Source of the DNA: Nitrospinota bacterium
GTDB lineage: Bacteria > UBA8248
DNA length: 64,000 nucleotides
Assembly: GCA_030754595.1 (NCBI GenBank)
Contig: JASLZZ010000079.1
Location: 9,880-73,879 of the forward strand
Direction of reading: 5' to 3'
In this document: positions 39,967-50,071 of the stretch, one piece after another
Layout of the letters: each line of letters starts with the position of its first letter
How positions within the stretch are numbered: position 1 is the stretch's first letter
Notes under the pieces: model-generated
The model's database searches: none
Seen by the model: only the letters and a program-made list of their open reading frames with translations
What the model was told of the DNA's origin: nothing
Translations under genes and position numbers: made by a program

Positions 39967-40640
39967 TTCCGCGTCCCCTTTCCGGATTTGCACACTTTTT
40001 TCATCGAGGAGATGAACTCGCTCACGCGGCCGTGCTTGGTTTTCAGGCTGGCGCGGTTAACAATGAGACGGGCGGTGGCGCTGAAAATCTCCCGGATCGG
40101 AGTCAGCCCGTTCGCCAGGAGGGTACCGCCCGAATCCACCAGGTCCACGACGGCGTCCGCCACCCCGGTCGCCGGGGCAATCTCGACGTTTCCATAGAGA
40201 TAGATCGTCTGGGCCTGGAGACCATGGTCCTCGAAATAGCGGGCCGCAATCACGGGGAATTTCGTCGCGATGCGAAGATTCACCTTTCGAGACAAATCCT
40301 CCCAACTCACCCCATCCGGGGCGGCCACCATGAGGCGGCAGGGCGCGAAGCGCAGATCGAGCGGTTCGTAGACCCCGCTTCTCTGCTCGAGGAGAACATC
40401 CTTGCCGATGATGCCGAGGTCCGCCGCCCCGCGCTCGACGTAGGTGGGCACGTCGTAATTCCGCAGAATCAGCACCCGCGCCCCCGTTTTCCGGTCGTCG
40501 TGGATGAGGGAGCGGGATTTGTCCGATATCGCCTTCGACAGCAAACCGGCCTCGAGGAGACGCTCCATCGCCGTGGTGAATATCCGGCCCTTTGGCAACG
40601 CAATCGTCAGACCGTTTTTCCCGTTTTCGGTATCGCTCAT
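39963..40640 (-). CDS. hisG: ATP phosphoribosyltransferase, short form
   Basis: IALPKGRI, DVPTYV..GAADLGI.GKD and DLVDSG.TL..NGL. 225 aa with no C-terminal regulatory domain. Confidence 0.96.
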   Translation of the reverse strand: MSDTENGKNGLTIALPKGRIFTTAMERLLEAGLLSKAISDKSRSLIHDDRKTGARVLILRNYDVPTYVERGAADLGIIGKDVLLEQRSGVYEPLDLRFAPCRLMVAAPDGVSWEDLSRKVNLRIATKFPVIAARYFEDHGLQAQTIYLYGNVEIAPATGVADAVVDLVDSGGTLLANGLTPIREIFSATARLIVNRASLKTKHGRVSEFISSMKKVCKSGKGTRK

Positions 40641-41893
40641 TCGCTCACCCGTTCGATTTCCGCGCCCAGGGTTCTCAGGCGCTCCTCAATCCGCTCGTAG
40701 CCGCGGTCGATATGGTAAACTCGGCGGACTATCGTATCACCTTTTGCGGCCAGCCCCGCGAGGACGAGAGATGCGCTCGCCCGCAGGTCCGTCGCCATGA
40801 CATGAGCCCCGGCAAGAGACTCGACACCCTCGACATGCGCCGTGCGGCCGTCGGTGGCGATGTTCGCCCCCATCCGGACGAGCTCGGCCGCGTGCATGAA
40901 GCGGTTCTCGAAAATGGTCTCCGAGATGGCGCACGATCCTCGCGCCAGCGTCATCAGCGTCATGAACTGGGCCTGAAGATCGGTCGGAAACCCCGGATAG
41001 GCGGCGGTCTTGATGCTCACGGGTTGGAGGGGACCGTTCGCGAGAACGCGCACCCAATCGTTTCCCTCGGTGACGTCGAGACCCGCCTCGCGGAGCCGGA
41101 GCGTCAGCGAGCGCACGTGCTCGGGGATGCAGCGGTGGATCGTCACGTCTCCGCCCGTGATGGCCCCCGCGATCATGAAGGTTCCTGTTTCGATGCGGTC
41201 CGGAGGGACGCCGACCTCATAGCCGCCGAGCCGATCAACCCCCTCGATCTCGATGATCGGTGTCCCGGCGCCCGTCACCCGCCCGCCCATCTGATTCAGC
41301 AGATCAGCGAGGATGGACACCTCGGGCTCCTGGGCGGCGTTTTCGAGCACCGTCGTCCCCTCGGCGAGCGCTGCCGCCATCATCAGGTTCTTGGTCCCCG
41401 TCACGGTCACCATATCGAAGGAAACGCGAACGCCCTTTAGCCGCCCGGCTCGTGCGTCGATATACCCGTCCTTGATCGAAATTTCCGCCCCCATGGCCTC
41501 GAGGCCCTTGAGGTGCTGATCGATGGGGCGCGCGCCGATGGCGCATCCCCCCGGCAGGGAAACCTGCGCCCTGCCGAAGCGGGTGAGCAAAGGCCCGAGC
41601 ACCATGACCGAGGCGCGCATCGTCCTCACCAGGTCGTAGGGCGCGGTTCCGGTGCGGACCTCCGAGGTGTCGATGGCGATCCGCCGGGGTGCGGGCCGCT
41701 CGATTCGAAGGCCGAACTCGGCGAGGAGTTTAAGAAAGGTTTCCGTGTCGCGGAGGTTGGGCACCCGGCTCAACCGGCAGGGCCCGTCCGCGAGAAGGGA
41801 GGCCGCCAGAATCGGGAGTGTGGCGTTCTTCGAGCCAGCCGCCTCGACGCCGCCGCGAAGGGCCTTTCCCCCGTGAATCAGGAATTGATCCAC
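40637..41893 (-). CDS. murA: UDP-GlcNAc 1-carboxyvinyltransferase
   Basis: GSKNA, MRAS, LPGGCAIGARPID.H, PDRIE, FPTDLQ and DLRA. Confidence 0.98.
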   Translation of the reverse strand: MDQFLIHGGKALRGGVEAAGSKNATLPILAASLLADGPCRLSRVPNLRDTETFLKLLAEFGLRIERPAPRRIAIDTSEVRTGTAPYDLVRTMRASVMVLGPLLTRFGRAQVSLPGGCAIGARPIDQHLKGLEAMGAEISIKDGYIDARAGRLKGVRVSFDMVTVTGTKNLMMAAALAEGTTVLENAAQEPEVSILADLLNQMGGRVTGAGTPIIEIEGVDRLGGYEVGVPPDRIETGTFMIAGAITGGDVTIHRCIPEHVRSLTLRLREAGLDVTEGNDWVRVLANGPLQPVSIKTAAYPGFPTDLQAQFMTLMTLARGSCAISETIFENRFMHAAELVRMGANIATDGRTAHVEGVESLAGAHVMATDLRASASLVLAGLAAKGDTIVRRVYHIDRGYERIEERLRTLGAEIERVSE

Positions 41894-41896
41894 TGT

Positions 41897-42787
41897 CTAC
41901 ACCGTTTCCGATTCGATGACGCGATCCCGCCCGGCAAGATCCCGGCGGACCATCGGCTCTCCATACGCGCGGGTGAGGCGCACCTCGGCCACGCACCAGG
42001 ATATCTGCGCGGGATCCATCTCCATGAGGAGGATCCCCCCTCTTTTCAACCGGGCCGGGGCCTCGTGAACAATCCGGCGAAGGAACCGCATCCCGTCCGG
42101 CCCGCCGTCGAGGGCCTCGCGGGGCTCGTAGCGCGCCACCTCGGGCATCAGACCTCCGATTTCGGATGAGACAATGTAGGGGGGATTGGAAACCACGGCG
42201 TCGAATGACTCGTCCCCCGGGATTTTTTCGAACAAGTCGGAGCAGACGGGCTCGAAGCGGTCTTCCACTCCGTTTCGCAGCGCGTTCCGGACCGCCAGTT
42301 CCAGGGCCGGACCGCTCGAGTCCACCGCCACCACGCGAGCGCCGGGAAGCTCCTTCGCCAGAGCCACGCCGATGGCGCCGCTGCCCGTCCCCAGATCGAG
42401 GATGCGCGGTGCGGCCGCCCCGCTCAGAAGCGCAGCGGCGCGTTCAACAAGGAGTTCGGTCTCGGGCCGGGGAATGAGGCCGGAGGGCTCCGCCCCGAAG
42501 GGGAGCGACCAGAACTCCCGCTCGCCGAGGATGTAGGCCAGCGGTTCCCGCCTCACGCGCCTTGAGGCCGCTTCCGAGAGCCGGGCCTTCGCCTCGGGGG
42601 GCAAGGCTTCCTCCCCCCGCGACGCGAGATAGGAGCGATCACAATCCAGCGCCCAGCAAAGTAGCGCGGCGGCATCGCTGGCCGCGCCCTCGATCCCCGC
42701 CTGGCCCAAGCGGCGCCTCAGGTGCTCGGATTCGGCGCCCACGGAGCCCTCGGGCCACCGGGATTTCTTTAGCGTCAAAGGATTCAT
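41897..42787 (-). CDS. prmC: Release factor glutamine methyltransferase
   Basis: EPLAYILG, LIPRPETE, DLGTGSG and SNPPY; follows prfA. Confidence 0.96.
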   Translation of the reverse strand: MNPLTLKKSRWPEGSVGAESEHLRRRLGQAGIEGAASDAAALLCWALDCDRSYLASRGEEALPPEAKARLSEAASRRVRREPLAYILGEREFWSLPFGAEPSGLIPRPETELLVERAAALLSGAAAPRILDLGTGSGAIGVALAKELPGARVVAVDSSGPALELAVRNALRNGVEDRFEPVCSDLFEKIPGDESFDAVVSNPPYIVSSEIGGLMPEVARYEPREALDGGPDGMRFLRRIVHEAPARLKRGGILLMEMDPAQISWCVAEVRLTRAYGEPMVRRDLAGRDRVIESETV

Positions 42788-43875
42788 TCGGCTTTTTCCT
42801 CCGGAGCGTCCTCCTCGAACTCCGCCAGCCGCTCGGCCTCGCGGGTCTCGATTACGCGCCGCACCATCTCGCCGATATCGCCTTCGAGAAAGCTGTCGAG
42901 ACTGTGCTGGGTGAATCCGATGCGGTGATCGGTCACCCGATCCTGGGGGAAATTATAGGTCCTGATCCGATCGCTCCTGTCGCCCGAGCCTATCTGGCTC
43001 TTGCGCTCGGCGGAGCGCGCCTCGTTTAGCTTGCGCGTTTCAAAGTCAAGCAAGTGCGACAAGAGAATCTTCATCGCCTTGGCCTTGTTCTTATGCTGGC
43101 TCTTCTCGTCCTGGCAGGTGACGACAAGGCCGGTGGGCTGATGGGTGATCCGGACGGCCGAGTCCGTGGTGTTCACGCTCTGGCCGCCGGGCCCCGATGA
43201 GCGGTAGACATCGATTCTGATATCGGTCTCGGGAACCTTCAGCTCAACTTCGTCGGCTTCGGGCAAGATGGCGACCGTCGCCGCCGAAGTGTGGATTCGC
43301 CCCTGGCTCTCGGTGACGGGGACCCGCTGAACGCGGTGGGTGCCGCTCTCGAATTTGAGTTGACTGTAGGCGCCCGCGCCCTTGATCAGGGCCACGACTT
43401 CCTTCATCCCCCCCAGGTTGTTTTCATTCCGGCTCAACTCCTCGACGGTCCAACTACGGTTTTCCGCATAGCGGGCATACATCCGGTACAGGTCGCCCGC
43501 GAAAAGCGCCGCCTCGTCTCCACCGGTGCCGGCGCGTATCTCGATGATGACGTTCTTTTCGTCATTGGGATCCCTGGGAAGCATCTGGCGGCGGAGGCGG
43601 AGTTCGATTTCCTCGAGCCGGGGCTCGTACATTTCAATCTCTTCTTTCGCCAGGTTGCCGATTTCGGTGTCGGAATCGTTCAGAAGAAGGCGCGCCTCGG
43701 CGAGTGTCTCGGTGCAGGAGCGCCACTCGTCGTAAATTTCGACGATCCGCGTGATCTCTTTATGCTCGCGGGCCGTTTGCTCGAATTTCTTGCGGTCTTT
43801 TATCAGGTTCGGATCGGAGAGGCGCTCCTCGAGAACCTTGTGTTTCTCGATAATCTGATCGAGTTTCTCAAACAT
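42784..43875 (-). CDS. prfA: Peptide chain release factor 1
   Basis: EIRAGTGGDEA, QRVPVTE (PxT) and GGQ. Confidence 0.98.
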   Translation of the reverse strand: MFEKLDQIIEKHKVLEERLSDPNLIKDRKKFEQTAREHKEITRIVEIYDEWRSCTETLAEARLLLNDSDTEIGNLAKEEIEMYEPRLEEIELRLRRQMLPRDPNDEKNVIIEIRAGTGGDEAALFAGDLYRMYARYAENRSWTVEELSRNENNLGGMKEVVALIKGAGAYSQLKFESGTHRVQRVPVTESQGRIHTSAATVAILPEADEVELKVPETDIRIDVYRSSGPGGQSVNTTDSAVRITHQPTGLVVTCQDEKSQHKNKAKAMKILLSHLLDFETRKLNEARSAERKSQIGSGDRSDRIRTYNFPQDRVTDHRIGFTQHSLDSFLEGDIGEMVRRVIETREAERLAEFEEDAPEEKAE

Positions 43876-43969
43876 GGCGCTGAGGCTCCGTCCCCGCCGG
43901 GAGCGGGCTAGACGCCGGCGCGGGAGGCTGGGAACGCTCCGGAATCGGCCTCAAATCGAAAGGGGAAAC

Positions 43970-44590
43970 TTAGGACTGCTCGGTTGACTCGGAAGCCGCC
44001 TCCGCTGCGGGGGCATAGGTATCCCCGGCAGGCGCTTCACCCCCTCCCACGCTCGATTCGGCCTCGGCCGCGGGCGTTTCAACCTTGGCCGCGGGCGTTT
44101 CAACCTTGGCCGCGGGCGCTTCAACCTTGGCCGCGGGCGCTTCAACCTTGGCCGCGGACGCTTCAACCTTGGCCGCGGACGCTTCAGTCTCACTGGCGGC
44201 GGGGGCAGCCGCCTCCTCGGCGTCTTGGGCTGCCTTGAGGGCGGCTTGCTCCTCACGGCGGCGAATCCGGGCTTCCTCGCGCGCCGTCTTCTCGTCCGCG
44301 GCCTTTGTCTTCTCGCGCTCCTCGACCGCGGCGATTTCGGCCTGCCGCGCCTCCTGCTTACGCTTCCGTTTTGAGACGCGGATTTCCTTGCCCTGGAACT
44401 TTTTGACGAATTTCTCGACGCGCCCCTCGGTGTCGATAATACGGGACTGCTTGCCGGTATAGAAAGGATGGCAATTGGAACACACCTCGATGCGGATATT
44501 CTCCACGGTCGAATGAGTCTTGAATTCGGTTTGGCATCCGCTGCAGGTGACTGTCGTCTCATGCAATTCGGGATGAATTTCCGTTCTCAT
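43970..44590 (-). CDS. rpmE: Ribosomal protein L31 (Zn-binding type) with long C-terminal extension
   Basis: MRTEIHP...CSGC...[10 protein letters not shown]...GRVEKF with AAGGAG RBS; lies between rho and prfA; 206 aa. Confidence 0.93.
   Translation of the reverse strand: MRTEIHPELHETTVTCSGCQTEFKTHSTVENIRIEVCSNCHPFYTGKQSRIIDTEGRVEKFVKKFQGKEIRVSKRKRKQEARQAEIAAVEEREKTKAADEKTAREEARIRRREEQAALKAAQDAEEAAAPAASETEASAAKVEASAAKVEAPAAKVEAPAAKVETPAAKVETPAAEAESSVGGGEAPAGDTYAPAAEAASESTEQS
44066..44186. repeat. 21-bp tandem repeat, about 5.8 copies, within rpmE
   Basis: Units of GGCCGCGG(G/A)CG(T/C)TTCAACCTT, encoding KVE(A/T)(S/P)AA. Confidence 0.95.
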
Positions 44591-44744
44591 CGATTCTCGC
44601 TCCTTCCGCCGGGGGCGGCGTGATCGGACCCTCCGGCCCCCGCTCCCGAAAACTTCCAACAAATCCCCCCGGGACAATCCACAGAGGGCGAAACCGATAT
44701 CGCCGTGCGGACGCCCTGGGACGCCTCATGGCGAGGAAGGCGTT

Positions 44745-44773
44745 TTTATACCGAAACTCCCTATCGTTGTCCA
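44745..44773 (-). promoter_or_regulatory. Putative rpmE promoter
   Basis: TGGACA-N17-TATAAA. Confidence 0.55.
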
Positions 44774-44902
44774 CCACCAGGAAAGGGACCGAACTCCGGC
44801 CCTTCCAAGGGGGAAAAACGGAAATTCGCGGCGTAACGGCCGACCGGAGCCCCGCCTAACGCGACCACTTCCCCCCCCCCTTCAACAGAGCAAGGAGAGA
44901 GC

Positions 44903-46192
44903 CTAGCTGTTCAACGAGAGCAGGAAGCCCTCGTTGGTATCCGTCTCGTTGACCTTCTGGATGAGGAGTTCCATCGAGTCCACGCTGCCCAGGGGCTGCA
45001 GAACCTTCCGGAGCACCCACACCCGATTGAGGTCGGCCTCGGACATGAGGAGTTCCTCTTTCCGGGTGCCCGACTTGCTGATGTCGATCGAGGGGAAAAC
45101 TCGCTTATCGGAAAGCTTGCGGTCGAGGTGGACCTCCATGTTGCCTGTGCCCTTGAATTCCTCGAAAATCACGTCGTCCATCCTGCTGCCGGTTTCGACC
45201 AGCGCGGTGGCGAGTATGGTGAGGCTGCCGCCCTCCTCGAGGTTCCGCGCCGCCCCGAAGAACCGCTTCGGGCGCTGGAGGGCGTTCGAGTCCACGCCGC
45301 CGGAGAGCACTTTTCCGCTTGGGGAGATAATGGTGTTGTGCGCCCGCGCCAGGCGGGTGATGGAGTCGAGAAGGATTACAACGTCCTTTTTATGTTCGAC
45401 GAGCCGCTTGGCTTTCTCGAGGACCATGTCCGCGACCTGTACGTGCCGGGTTGCGGGCTCGTCGAAGGTCGAGCTGACCACTTCACCCCGGACCGAGCGC
45501 TCCATGTCGGTGACCTCCTCGGGCCGCTCGTCGATCAGCAATACGATGAGATGAGTGTCGGGAAAGTTGGTGGCGATGCTTTTGGCGATTGCCTGAAGGA
45601 GCATCGTCTTACCCGTTCGAGGGGCGGCGACGATGAGGCCGCGCTGACCGAAACCGATGGGCGTCATCAGGTCGAGTACGCGGATGCTGGCGTCCTTGGT
45701 GCCGTTGCTGGTGATTTCGAGATTAATGCGCCGGTCGGGGTATAAAGGCGTCAGGTTGTCGAAGAGGACCTTGTCCTTACTTGCCTCGGGCGGCTCGAAG
45801 TTTACTTGCTCCACTTTCAGGAGGGCAAAGTAGCGCTCCCCTTCCTTTGGCTGCCGGATTTGGCCGCTGACCGTATCGCCGGTGCGCAGATCGAAACGCC
45901 GGATCTGGCTGGGCGAGACATAGATATCGTCGGGACCGGGCAAATAGTTGTAAGCCGTCGAACGCAAAAAACCGAAGCCGTCGGGCAAGATTTCGATCAC
46001 GCCCTCCCCGTAGATTACGCCGTCACGATCTTTTCCGGATTGAGCCTCGATGATCTTGTAGATCAGATCCTGCTTGCGGAGTCCGCTAACGCCCTCCACT
46101 TTGAGTTCCTTGAGGATCTCATTCAGCTCGGTAATGGTCTTCCTCTTCAGTTCTGCAAGATTCAGCTCTCGCTCCTTGGAGGCAACTGGCAT
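44903..46192 (-). CDS. rho: Transcription termination factor Rho
   Basis: [37 protein letters not shown] and [11 protein letters not shown]. Start set at ATG 46192. Confidence 0.98.
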   Translation of the reverse strand: MPVASKERELNLAELKRKTITELNEILKELKVEGVSGLRKQDLIYKIIEAQSGKDRDGVIYGEGVIEILPDGFGFLRSTAYNYLPGPDDIYVSPSQIRRFDLRTGDTVSGQIRQPKEGERYFALLKVEQVNFEPPEASKDKVLFDNLTPLYPDRRINLEITSNGTKDASIRVLDLMTPIGFGQRGLIVAAPRTGKTMLLQAIAKSIATNFPDTHLIVLLIDERPEEVTDMERSVRGEVVSSTFDEPATRHVQVADMVLEKAKRLVEHKKDVVILLDSITRLARAHNTIISPSGKVLSGGVDSNALQRPKRFFGAARNLEEGGSLTILATALVETGSRMDDVIFEEFKGTGNMEVHLDRKLSDKRVFPSIDISKSGTRKEELLMSEADLNRVWVLRKVLQPLGSVDSMELLIQKVNETDTNEGFLLSLNS

Positions 46193-46639
46193 TCCTTCCT
46201 TCTCCTTACTTGGTGGGCAAGTCGTCGCCACCCAGGGCCTAGAACAGTGCCGCGACAGGCACCGTCACCGCCAAGCCCGTTGCAGGGAGGCAAACACGTG
46301 CAGCCTCTGGTGACGAATAAACATAAAAGTCAAATACTTCACAGGTGAAATTCGTGTGGTTATCGGACGGCATTGAGTGGTTCCAATTTTTCTTCTTTTC
46401 TACAAACCCAAGTAACCGAGAGGGTATTTAGAATCCAGGGATGTGAAAAAATCCTTGAGCCAGAAATTCGAGCAGTAGATTCGCCAAAAACCATCGGTGA
46501 GGCACTCAATCCAGAGCGGCGTCTCAAGCTTATTTGCCGCTTGGCCCCTATTCGAATCAATGAAAACCGATAATTGGTTTGAAGCGCCGGAACTGCGGGC
46601 GATAAGCTGATTGGGGATACAACAACCAAACCAACTATA

Positions 46640-46668
46640 AATGTAGGGGGCCAGGAAAACTTTGTCAA
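46640..46668 (-). promoter_or_regulatory. Putative rho promoter
   Basis: TTGACA-N17-TACATT just after the coaE stop. Confidence 0.7.
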
Positions 46669-46681
46669 TCCATCTTTTTCT

Positions 46682-47296
46682 TTATTTCTTGGCCCTTTCC
46701 TTGAGCCACCTAACCAGACTTTCCGCTTCGGCCGCCAAATCCGGCAGGCTTCCGCTGTTATCCACCACCCGATCCGCCAGCTTCACCTTCTCGGAAAGGG
46801 GCATTTGAGCTTCGATTCGAGCGCGGGCGGCCGCCTCCTCCACGCCCGCGCGCTCCATGAAACGCTCTATTTGCTGAGCTTCTCCGCAATTCACCACAAC
46901 GACGAGATCAAATCGCTTCGACCCGCCAGACTCGATCATCAGCGCCGCCTCGACGACAGCCACCGGCGATTCGCCGGCCTCTTCGATGCGATTTAGCCAT
47001 CGATCCTGCTCGGCCATGATGCGCGGGTGGAGAATTTTTTCGAGAGCTTTTCTTTTCGCGTCATCGGCGAAAACGATTTGGCCAACGCGTTTTCGGTCGA
47101 GGCCCCCGTCCGGAGCTACAACTTCGGCTCCGAGAGCGCGGGCGATTTCGGGGAGCACCTCCGAGCCGGGAGCGACAAGAACGCGCGCGATGGTATCGGA
47201 GTCGATGACGGGTATGCCTCTTTCGGAGAGCAATTTGGCGAGAGAACTTTTGCCGCTGGCGATTCCGCCCGTGAGGCCAACGCGAAGCAAGCTCAT
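46682..47296 (-). CDS. coaE: Dephospho-CoA kinase
   Basis: VGLTGGIASGKS, LDRK, LE.ILHP and RI.AQMP. Start 47296 or 47317. Confidence 0.96.
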   Translation of the reverse strand: MSLLRVGLTGGIASGKSSLAKLLSERGIPVIDSDTIARVLVAPGSEVLPEIARALGAEVVAPDGGLDRKRVGQIVFADDAKRKALEKILHPRIMAEQDRWLNRIEEAGESPVAVVEAALMIESGGSKRFDLVVVVNCGEAQQIERFMERAGVEEAAARARIEAQMPLSEKVKLADRVVDNSGSLPDLAAEAESLVRWLKERAKK

Positions 47297-47335
47297 CTTC
47301 CGCCGTGCAACGAGCATCTCACTTCGGCGGACCCG

Positions 47336-47611
47336 CTAAACACCCCGGCGAGTGGCCTCCTGCTCGTAATGCTTGACGTAGAGAATTTCCCACTCCCGGG
47401 TTCCTTCGATGAGACGGCTCGAGTAGCTGCTGAGAACCCTGCGGACCTCTTCATCGATATCATCGTCGATTGTCAACTCGTTCGTGATTGCCCGGACGAT
47501 GTTGATCCGAACATCGGTGGTCTCGCCGAGGAAGAAAACGTCCTCGGAGTCCTCCAAATCCTTGACGATGAGATTCGAGAGGTGGTTGATCTTCTCGCGG
47601 TTGATGCGCAT
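47336..47611 (-). CDS. DUF507-like protein
   Basis: MRINREKINHLS...IDEEVRRVL; 91 aa; weakly paralogous to its neighbour. Confidence 0.7.
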   Translation of the reverse strand: MRINREKINHLSNLIVKDLEDSEDVFFLGETTDVRINIVRAITNELTIDDDIDEEVRRVLSSYSSRLIEGTREWEILYVKHYEQEATRRGV

Positions 47612-47656
47612 CGCAGCGCCCTTCCTTTCCGTAATAACGCTCGCGCAGCCGGACGA

Positions 47657-47938
47657 CTAAAGGACCAGGTTCCGTTCACGGGCGAGCTTGGTCTTCACCA
47701 TCGTGAACATCCGGCTGTAATCGACGTTGTCCTTGTCCATTTCGTCCTGATGATCGCGGAGAATATCCTTCACCTCATCGTTCAACCGGTCCTCGACCAG
47801 AAGATCCTCCTCAATGAGGTTGACTATCCGGGTGCGAAGCGCCTCCTCGTCCGTATTAATTTCGATGATTTCCCGCCTGAGCAGACGATCTACAATTTTC
47901 ACGGAAATTCGCTCGATCATCTCTTTCCGCAAACGCAT
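47657..47938 (-). CDS. DUF507-like protein
   Basis: MRLRKEMI...EDRLNDEVKDIL...DYSRMF.MVK.KLARERNLVL, the pattern I recall for DUF507. Confidence 0.78.
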   Translation of the reverse strand: MRLRKEMIERISVKIVDRLLRREIIEINTDEEALRTRIVNLIEEDLLVEDRLNDEVKDILRDHQDEMDKDNVDYSRMFTMVKTKLARERNLVL

Positions 47939-48105
47939 TTCCCAACCTCCCGGCCGTAGGAGCGGCCCGAAATCCGAGCATTTGACCATCGGACAGGCAG
48001 GAGCCGGCGCCCATCAGGCGCCGGCACATCCAGCCCAATCACCATGACAATACCCCATCTCGGCGGCCATTTGCACCCCCCCGCCAGTCAGTCCCGACGG
48101 TGGCG

Positions 48106-48972
48106 CTAGAGCGCCGCCTTCGCCCTTCGCCGAAGGCCCAGATAATTTCGTACGGGCTGGCGGAACTGGCCAATTCGCTCGGGCCCCGGCCGCGCGCCGT
48201 GACAATCGGACCCTCCCATGGGAATCAAACCATAGCGCTCGGCCAGCGCAAGGTAATGACGCCGCGCTTCCTCGTCCTGGGAGGGATGCTCCACTTCTAT
48301 GCCCGCCAAGCCGGCCGAAACCAGCTCCGGGATAATCTCATCCGATTCGCTCAGGTTCGGGTGGGCAAGAGTCGCGGCGCCGCCCGCCCCGGCGATTAGC
48401 CTCACCGCCTCGTCCGGCGCGATCATCGCGAGCTCCACATAGGCGGGACCACCCTCCCCGAGATATTTTCCAAAAACCTCCTCACGATTCGAAACGAGAT
48501 TTTTCCGGACCATATAGGCCGAAAGATGTCCCCGCCCGATGCTCGAGGCCCGGCCGTACTCCCGCAGGAAATCCTCCTTGTCGATCGGGACGCTCAAAGC
48601 CCGTAGCCGCTCGAGCATCTCCCCCATCCGGGTCCGCCGGCTCTCCATATACATTTTCATTTGAGTTCCCAACTCCGGATCCTCCGGCCGGATGAAATGA
48701 CCCAGGACGTGGACAAGGTGTCCGCCGTGAACCGAGGAGAGTTCGATGCCGTTCACGAATTCGAGGCCGAGGCGTTTCGCCTCACTACGGGCCTCGCCAA
48801 GACCGGCAACGGTGTCGTGGTCCGTCAGGGAGACGACGCTGAGCCCGGCCGATTTCGCACGCTCCATGACGCGCCGGGGCGGGTACTCGCCGTCCGAGGC
48901 GCTTGAGTGGAGATGCAGGTCAACCACGAGGGAATCCTCGGGAATATCGAAAACCTGTTGACCGGAGGCCAT
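48106..48972 (-). CDS. PHP-domain metallo-phosphoesterase (YciV/TrpH-like)
   Basis: DLHLHSSASDG, LTDHDT, GIELS, HVLG, LAHP and GGSDCHG. Confidence 0.92.
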   Translation of the reverse strand: MASGQQVFDIPEDSLVVDLHLHSSASDGEYPPRRVMERAKSAGLSVVSLTDHDTVAGLGEARSEAKRLGLEFVNGIELSSVHGGHLVHVLGHFIRPEDPELGTQMKMYMESRRTRMGEMLERLRALSVPIDKEDFLREYGRASSIGRGHLSAYMVRKNLVSNREEVFGKYLGEGGPAYVELAMIAPDEAVRLIAGAGGAATLAHPNLSESDEIIPELVSAGLAGIEVEHPSQDEEARRHYLALAERYGLIPMGGSDCHGARPGPERIGQFRQPVRNYLGLRRRAKAAL

Positions 48973-49051
48973 CGGACCAAGCTCCTCCCTTCGCCTACGC
49001 GGCGGGAAGATACGGATTCGGCGGTTACCGTAGACGGATGGATATTATTAT

Positions 49052-49126
49052 TGGAGCGGGTGATGGGATTCGAACCCACGACGTCCAGCTTGGGAAGCTG
49101 GCACTCTACCACTGAGTTACACCCGC
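49052..49126 (-). tRNA. tRNA-Gly (CCC)
   Basis: GCGGGTGTAACTCAGTGGTAGAGTGCCAGCTTCCCAAGCTGGACGTCGTGGGTTCGAATCCCATCACCCGCTCCA. Confidence 0.97.
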
Positions 49127-49137
49127 CTATGGCCCAG

Positions 49138-49167
49138 ACGATATGACCCTCCGGCGCGGGGTGTCAA
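49138..49167 (-). promoter_or_regulatory. Putative tRNA-Gly promoter
   Basis: TTGACA-N18-TATCGT, overlapping the upstream gene's stop codon. Confidence 0.55.
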
Positions 49168-50048
49168 GGCGCGGGACCGGTCTCGCGGCCCATCGTCCAG
49201 GCGGAATCGGCGTACCGCCGCCGCTCGGCCTTCCGGGCGCGCTCCGCCTCCTCGCCGGTCAGGGGCTCGTCAAGAAAAGAACCGAAGGTCTCCTCCATCC
49301 CGCCGCGCAGGGCGAGTGCGGCCTCCCGGTAGCTCACTTCCCGGCCCAACACTTCGCACAGACCGGCGGCGTGGTCGGCCTGGGAGGTCTCCCGGACCTG
49401 GGAGGTCTCCCGGGCCTGGCTTTCTCCCGAGGAGCGGTCCCTGAGGAGCGATGCCAGGCGATCCTCGGGCGAGTCGAGGAGAATGCTCCCGTGCTGAAGG
49501 ATGGCCCTCCCCTCCCGGCATTGAGCGCTGCCGGCCACCTTCCGCCCGCCGATGGATATCTCCCAGACCGAGGTGGTGGCAAAACAAGAAGGCTGAGAAG
49601 CGTAGGCCCCTCCGCTGGGCGGTGCGAACTCGGCGGAGATCCCTAGCCGCCCGAGCCCCGCCGCGAGGCCCTCGCTGATCCGGCGGTAGCTTTCTTCGAT
49701 CGTATCGCCGAGAAGAGCCTCGGAGCCGACGACCGAATAGGTGATCTCCCGGTCATGCAGCACCGCCCGTCCCCCGGTGAGTCTCCGGCATAGGTCGATC
49801 CCCTCCTTCGAGAGTCGCTCGATGAAAACGTCCCGCCTGGCGGATTGGTTTCGGCCGAGGGTCAGCGCCGCCGGTGACCAGGCATAGAGTCGAAACGTGA
49901 AAGGGGCCTCGCCGGGCGGGCCGCCCGAGGCCAAGTGGGAGCGGCAATTATCCAGAAGGACTTCATCGACAGCCATGTTCCAAGCGCCGCGCGCTGGTCC
50001 ACAGTCGAGAAATCGGCCGGATTTTAATTTCGCCTGAGGGAAATTCAT
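49164..50048 (-). CDS. Lipoate-protein ligase family protein (LipM-like octanoyltransferase)
   Basis: NMAVDE, FRLYAW..LTLG, RRLTGGRAVLH, CF, KVAGSAQ and LQHGSI; directly after gcvP. Confidence 0.88.
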   Translation of the reverse strand: MNFPQAKLKSGRFLDCGPARGAWNMAVDEVLLDNCRSHLASGGPPGEAPFTFRLYAWSPAALTLGRNQSARRDVFIERLSKEGIDLCRRLTGGRAVLHDREITYSVVGSEALLGDTIEESYRRISEGLAAGLGRLGISAEFAPPSGGAYASQPSCFATTSVWEISIGGRKVAGSAQCREGRAILQHGSILLDSPEDRLASLLRDRSSGESQARETSQVRETSQADHAAGLCEVLGREVSYREAALALRGGMEETFGSFLDEPLTGEEAERARKAERRRYADSAWTMGRETGPAP

Positions 50049-50071
50049 CCAGGGGGCTCCAGGACCGCCCG

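Noticed and set aside
40637..41893. Fosfomycin-resistant MurA
   Set aside because: The active-site cysteine (LPGGCAIG) is retained.
44066..44186. CRISPR array
   Set aside because: The repeats are contiguous with no spacers, in frame within rpmE, and no cas genes are present.
46360..46668. 102-aa ORF upstream of rho
   Set aside because: Its TTG start is the -35 hexamer of the putative promoter, it has no RBS, and the composition is atypical; better read as a leader.
48973..49126. Integrative element at tRNA-Gly or tRNA(CAT)
   Set aside because: No integrase and no duplicated tRNA 3' end; housekeeping genes flank both tRNAs.
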